Below, piece after piece: positions 61,877-64,000 of a stretch of DNA of 64,000 bases. The DNA is taken from NCBI RefSeq assembly GCF_036321535.1, contig NC_087437.1, positions 8,866,001-8,930,000 on the forward strand, written 5' to 3'. The stretch comes from Camelus dromedarius. Lineage: Eukaryota. The notes under the pieces are model-generated. The model saw only the letters and a list, made by a program, of their open reading frames with translations. It was not told the origin of the DNA and ran no database searches. Both the position numbers and the translations under genes were made by a program. Each line of letters begins with the position of its first letter. Within the stretch, counting starts at the first letter, position 1.

Positions 61877-62090
61877 AGGAGGCAGCGAATTACAGCTTGT
61901 GGACCAAATCCCAGCCTGCGGGCTCTATTTATAAATAAAATTTTATTAGAACACAGTCACACATATTCATTTACGTATTGTTTATAGTTGCTTTCATGTG
62001 ACAACAGCAAAACTGAGTGATTGCAACAGAGACCATATGGCTTACAGAGGCTGAAATATTTATTATTTGACTGTTTACAGGATAATTTGG
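61877..62090. mobile_element. MER58A hAT-Charlie MITE
   Basis: aaataaaattttattagaacacagtcacacatattcatttacgtattg...ttgcaacagagaccatatggc...aaatatttattatttgac. Confidence 0.88.
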
Positions 62091-62529
62091 TCTAGAATAT
62101 AAAAATTTTTTTTTTGAGGACAATGGTAATATCTTAGAAATATTTATAGCACCCCCTATTCACAGCTTAGAGAAACTACTCAAACTCTGGAGATAAAAAC
62201 CAGGAATTATTATTTGTATATATAAGTATTCTTAATACAGAGCACTATTTGGAATATTTTAAGAATTTACATATATGGTGTCATTTTGGACCTACATTTC
62301 ATACTGCAAATCTTTTTTTTTTTTTTCCTTTTCACTCAACATTCTATTTTTGTGATTCACTCATTTGGTGTTTCATCAGATGACTAGATGGTTTAACTAT
62401 TTTCCTATCGATGGACATCCTGTTGTCCCCAGTATTCCTGTTACAGATGGTACCTGAATGTGAATATCTTGGTCCCATTCATGAGATTTTCTTTAAAGTC
62501 TAGAAATTGAAAAGAGAAATATCAGACAA

Positions 62530-62995
62530 TACACTAACTTCCTACTGTTGCCACAGCAAGTTAACCACAAACGGTAGGTTTAAACAACACAAATGTATTA
62601 TCTTAGGGTTCTGGAGATCAGGGTCTGAAATGTCACCACCCAAAATCAAGGTGTCGGCAGGACCATATCTCATCCAGAAGCTCTAGGGGAGAATCCAACT
62701 GCTTTTGCCTTTTCCAGCTTCTGGAGGTGGCCTCCATCCCTTGACTCGTGGCCCCCTCCTTGATCTTCAAAGCCAGCAATGCAACATCTTCACATCTCTC
62801 TGTGGCTTTACTCTCCTGCCTCCCTCCTAAGAGGACCCTTGTGATTATGTTGGGCCCCACGCAGATAATCCAGGGTTATCTCCCCATCTCAAGATCTTTA
62901 ACTTAATCACATCGCAAAGTCCCTTTTACCAGTAAAGGAAGATATTCCAGAAATTAGAATGTGGACAGCTTTGTGGGGGTGTTCGGCCTTCCCCA
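62530..62995 (-). mobile_element. MLT1C MaLR LTR
   Basis: aaaatcaaggtgtcggcagg...ctctaggggagaatcc...ttttccagcttct...aggacccttgtgattatgttgggccc. Confidence 0.88.
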
Positions 62996-63154
62996 AGTAT
63001 AAACATCATCACAGCTGTTAGGTACTGTCAATGTCTTCTCCAGTGAGGTTACAGCAATTTAAATACTGCTTCCAGTGTTTCCATGTCTTCACCAGTGCCT
63101 GGCACTGTCAGCCTCTCTGGAAAGCATAAATTGTATATTTATTGTGCTTGCTTA

Positions 63155-63710
63155 TATCTTTAAATTCTGACAATTTCAAACACACAGAACAGTTGCAAGG
63201 ATACTAAAAGGGGCTCTTATATGTCACTTACCAAATTTACCAATTCTATCTTTTCTATGTTTCTAGTTTCTATTTTTCTATATTAATCTCTCTCTATATT
63301 CTGTATTTTTGCCCCACTGGATACTAAGTGGGAAATGTACTGCTAAACATTTCAGTTTAGGAACAATGATATTCTATTATTTAGCAATGATACAATTATA
63401 TTAAGTCCAGAAATTTAGTATTGATTCATTTTTCTCCTCTGATTCCGAGTCACTATATAAATTCCATCAATTGCTCCAATAATATCCTTCATAGCTATTT
63501 TCCCTTAGCTCAAGATCCAATTGAGAATCACATAATGTATTCATCTACCATCTTTTGCTCTACTTTGTCATCTAGAAAATTTTCTCAGTCTGGTACTGTG
63601 AACTAGTACATACCCGCTATTACACAGAATGCTCTTCCATTTGGGTTTGTCTGGCGTGCCCTCGCTATTTCACTCAGGTTAGACGCATTTTGTCAAGAAT
63701 TGTATTCTAG
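63155..63710 (-). mobile_element. L1MC-type 3' end
   Basis: aatttcaaacacacagaacagttgcaag...ctaaacatttcag...caagatccaattgagaatcaca...tttgggtttgtctgg. Confidence 0.7.
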
Positions 63711-64000
63711 TGGGGGAGGAAGTCAACAAACATAGAAATACGTCATAAGGTTTCAAGAATAGATAAATACTTGACTAGAGCAGGGTAAGTGAAAGAGATT
63801 GATGGACTTTGGGAGTTATGAAAAGTTGACCATTTTCGCTCCATTTTGTAAATGAGAATTAAGACTGAGAAGTTAATACTTTCCCCCTTCTTTCTCCAAA
63901 TCTCATGCCTCCTCCATGACCCAGCTCTGATGCGCCATCTACCCAATTCTCAGGTTAAAAGGGAAATGAATCTAAGTACATTACTCACAGTCTTACCCCC

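Noticed and set aside
1..64000. CRISPR array, operon or other prokaryotic/viral system; gene symbol for the host gene
   Set aside because: The sequence is mammalian, with no regularly spaced repeat-spacer array or intact viral ORFs. I could not match the candidate exon peptides to any gene I recognise, so no symbol is given.

Overview
Mammalian non-coding genomic DNA, almost certainly from a camelid (alpaca/llama/camel): it carries six full-length (plus one truncated) copies of the tRNA-Ala-derived SINE I recognise as camelid Vic-1, and cetartiodactyl-type L1 3' ends. Roughly half or more of the window is decayed interspersed repeat (L1, L2, MIR, MaLR/ERVL LTRs, hAT-Charlie, Tigger1), and none of the listed single-exon ORFs looks like a complete gene. 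The non-repeat signal is a CpG-island-like promoter at ~8.35-9.08 kb and small + strand exon candidates at 7133-7242, 36737-36789 and 57016-57137. These have good splice signals and join in one open frame (MEGHAVSVVLRTSGTRFRKRKE/EEIMISSEDSG...KGKEIR), suggesting the 5' end of a large gene that I cannot name. Other notable structures are a near-full-length fossil Charlie5 hAT transposon with residual transposase motifs, an L1 with a deletion plus an inverted and duplicated segment, and a 36-bp templated insertion copied from nearby DNA. I see no prokaryotic-type system, CRISPR array or true RNA gene. Repeat family names come from recalled consensus sequences and boundaries are approximate (about +/-20 bp) unless a target-site duplication (TSD) is quoted.
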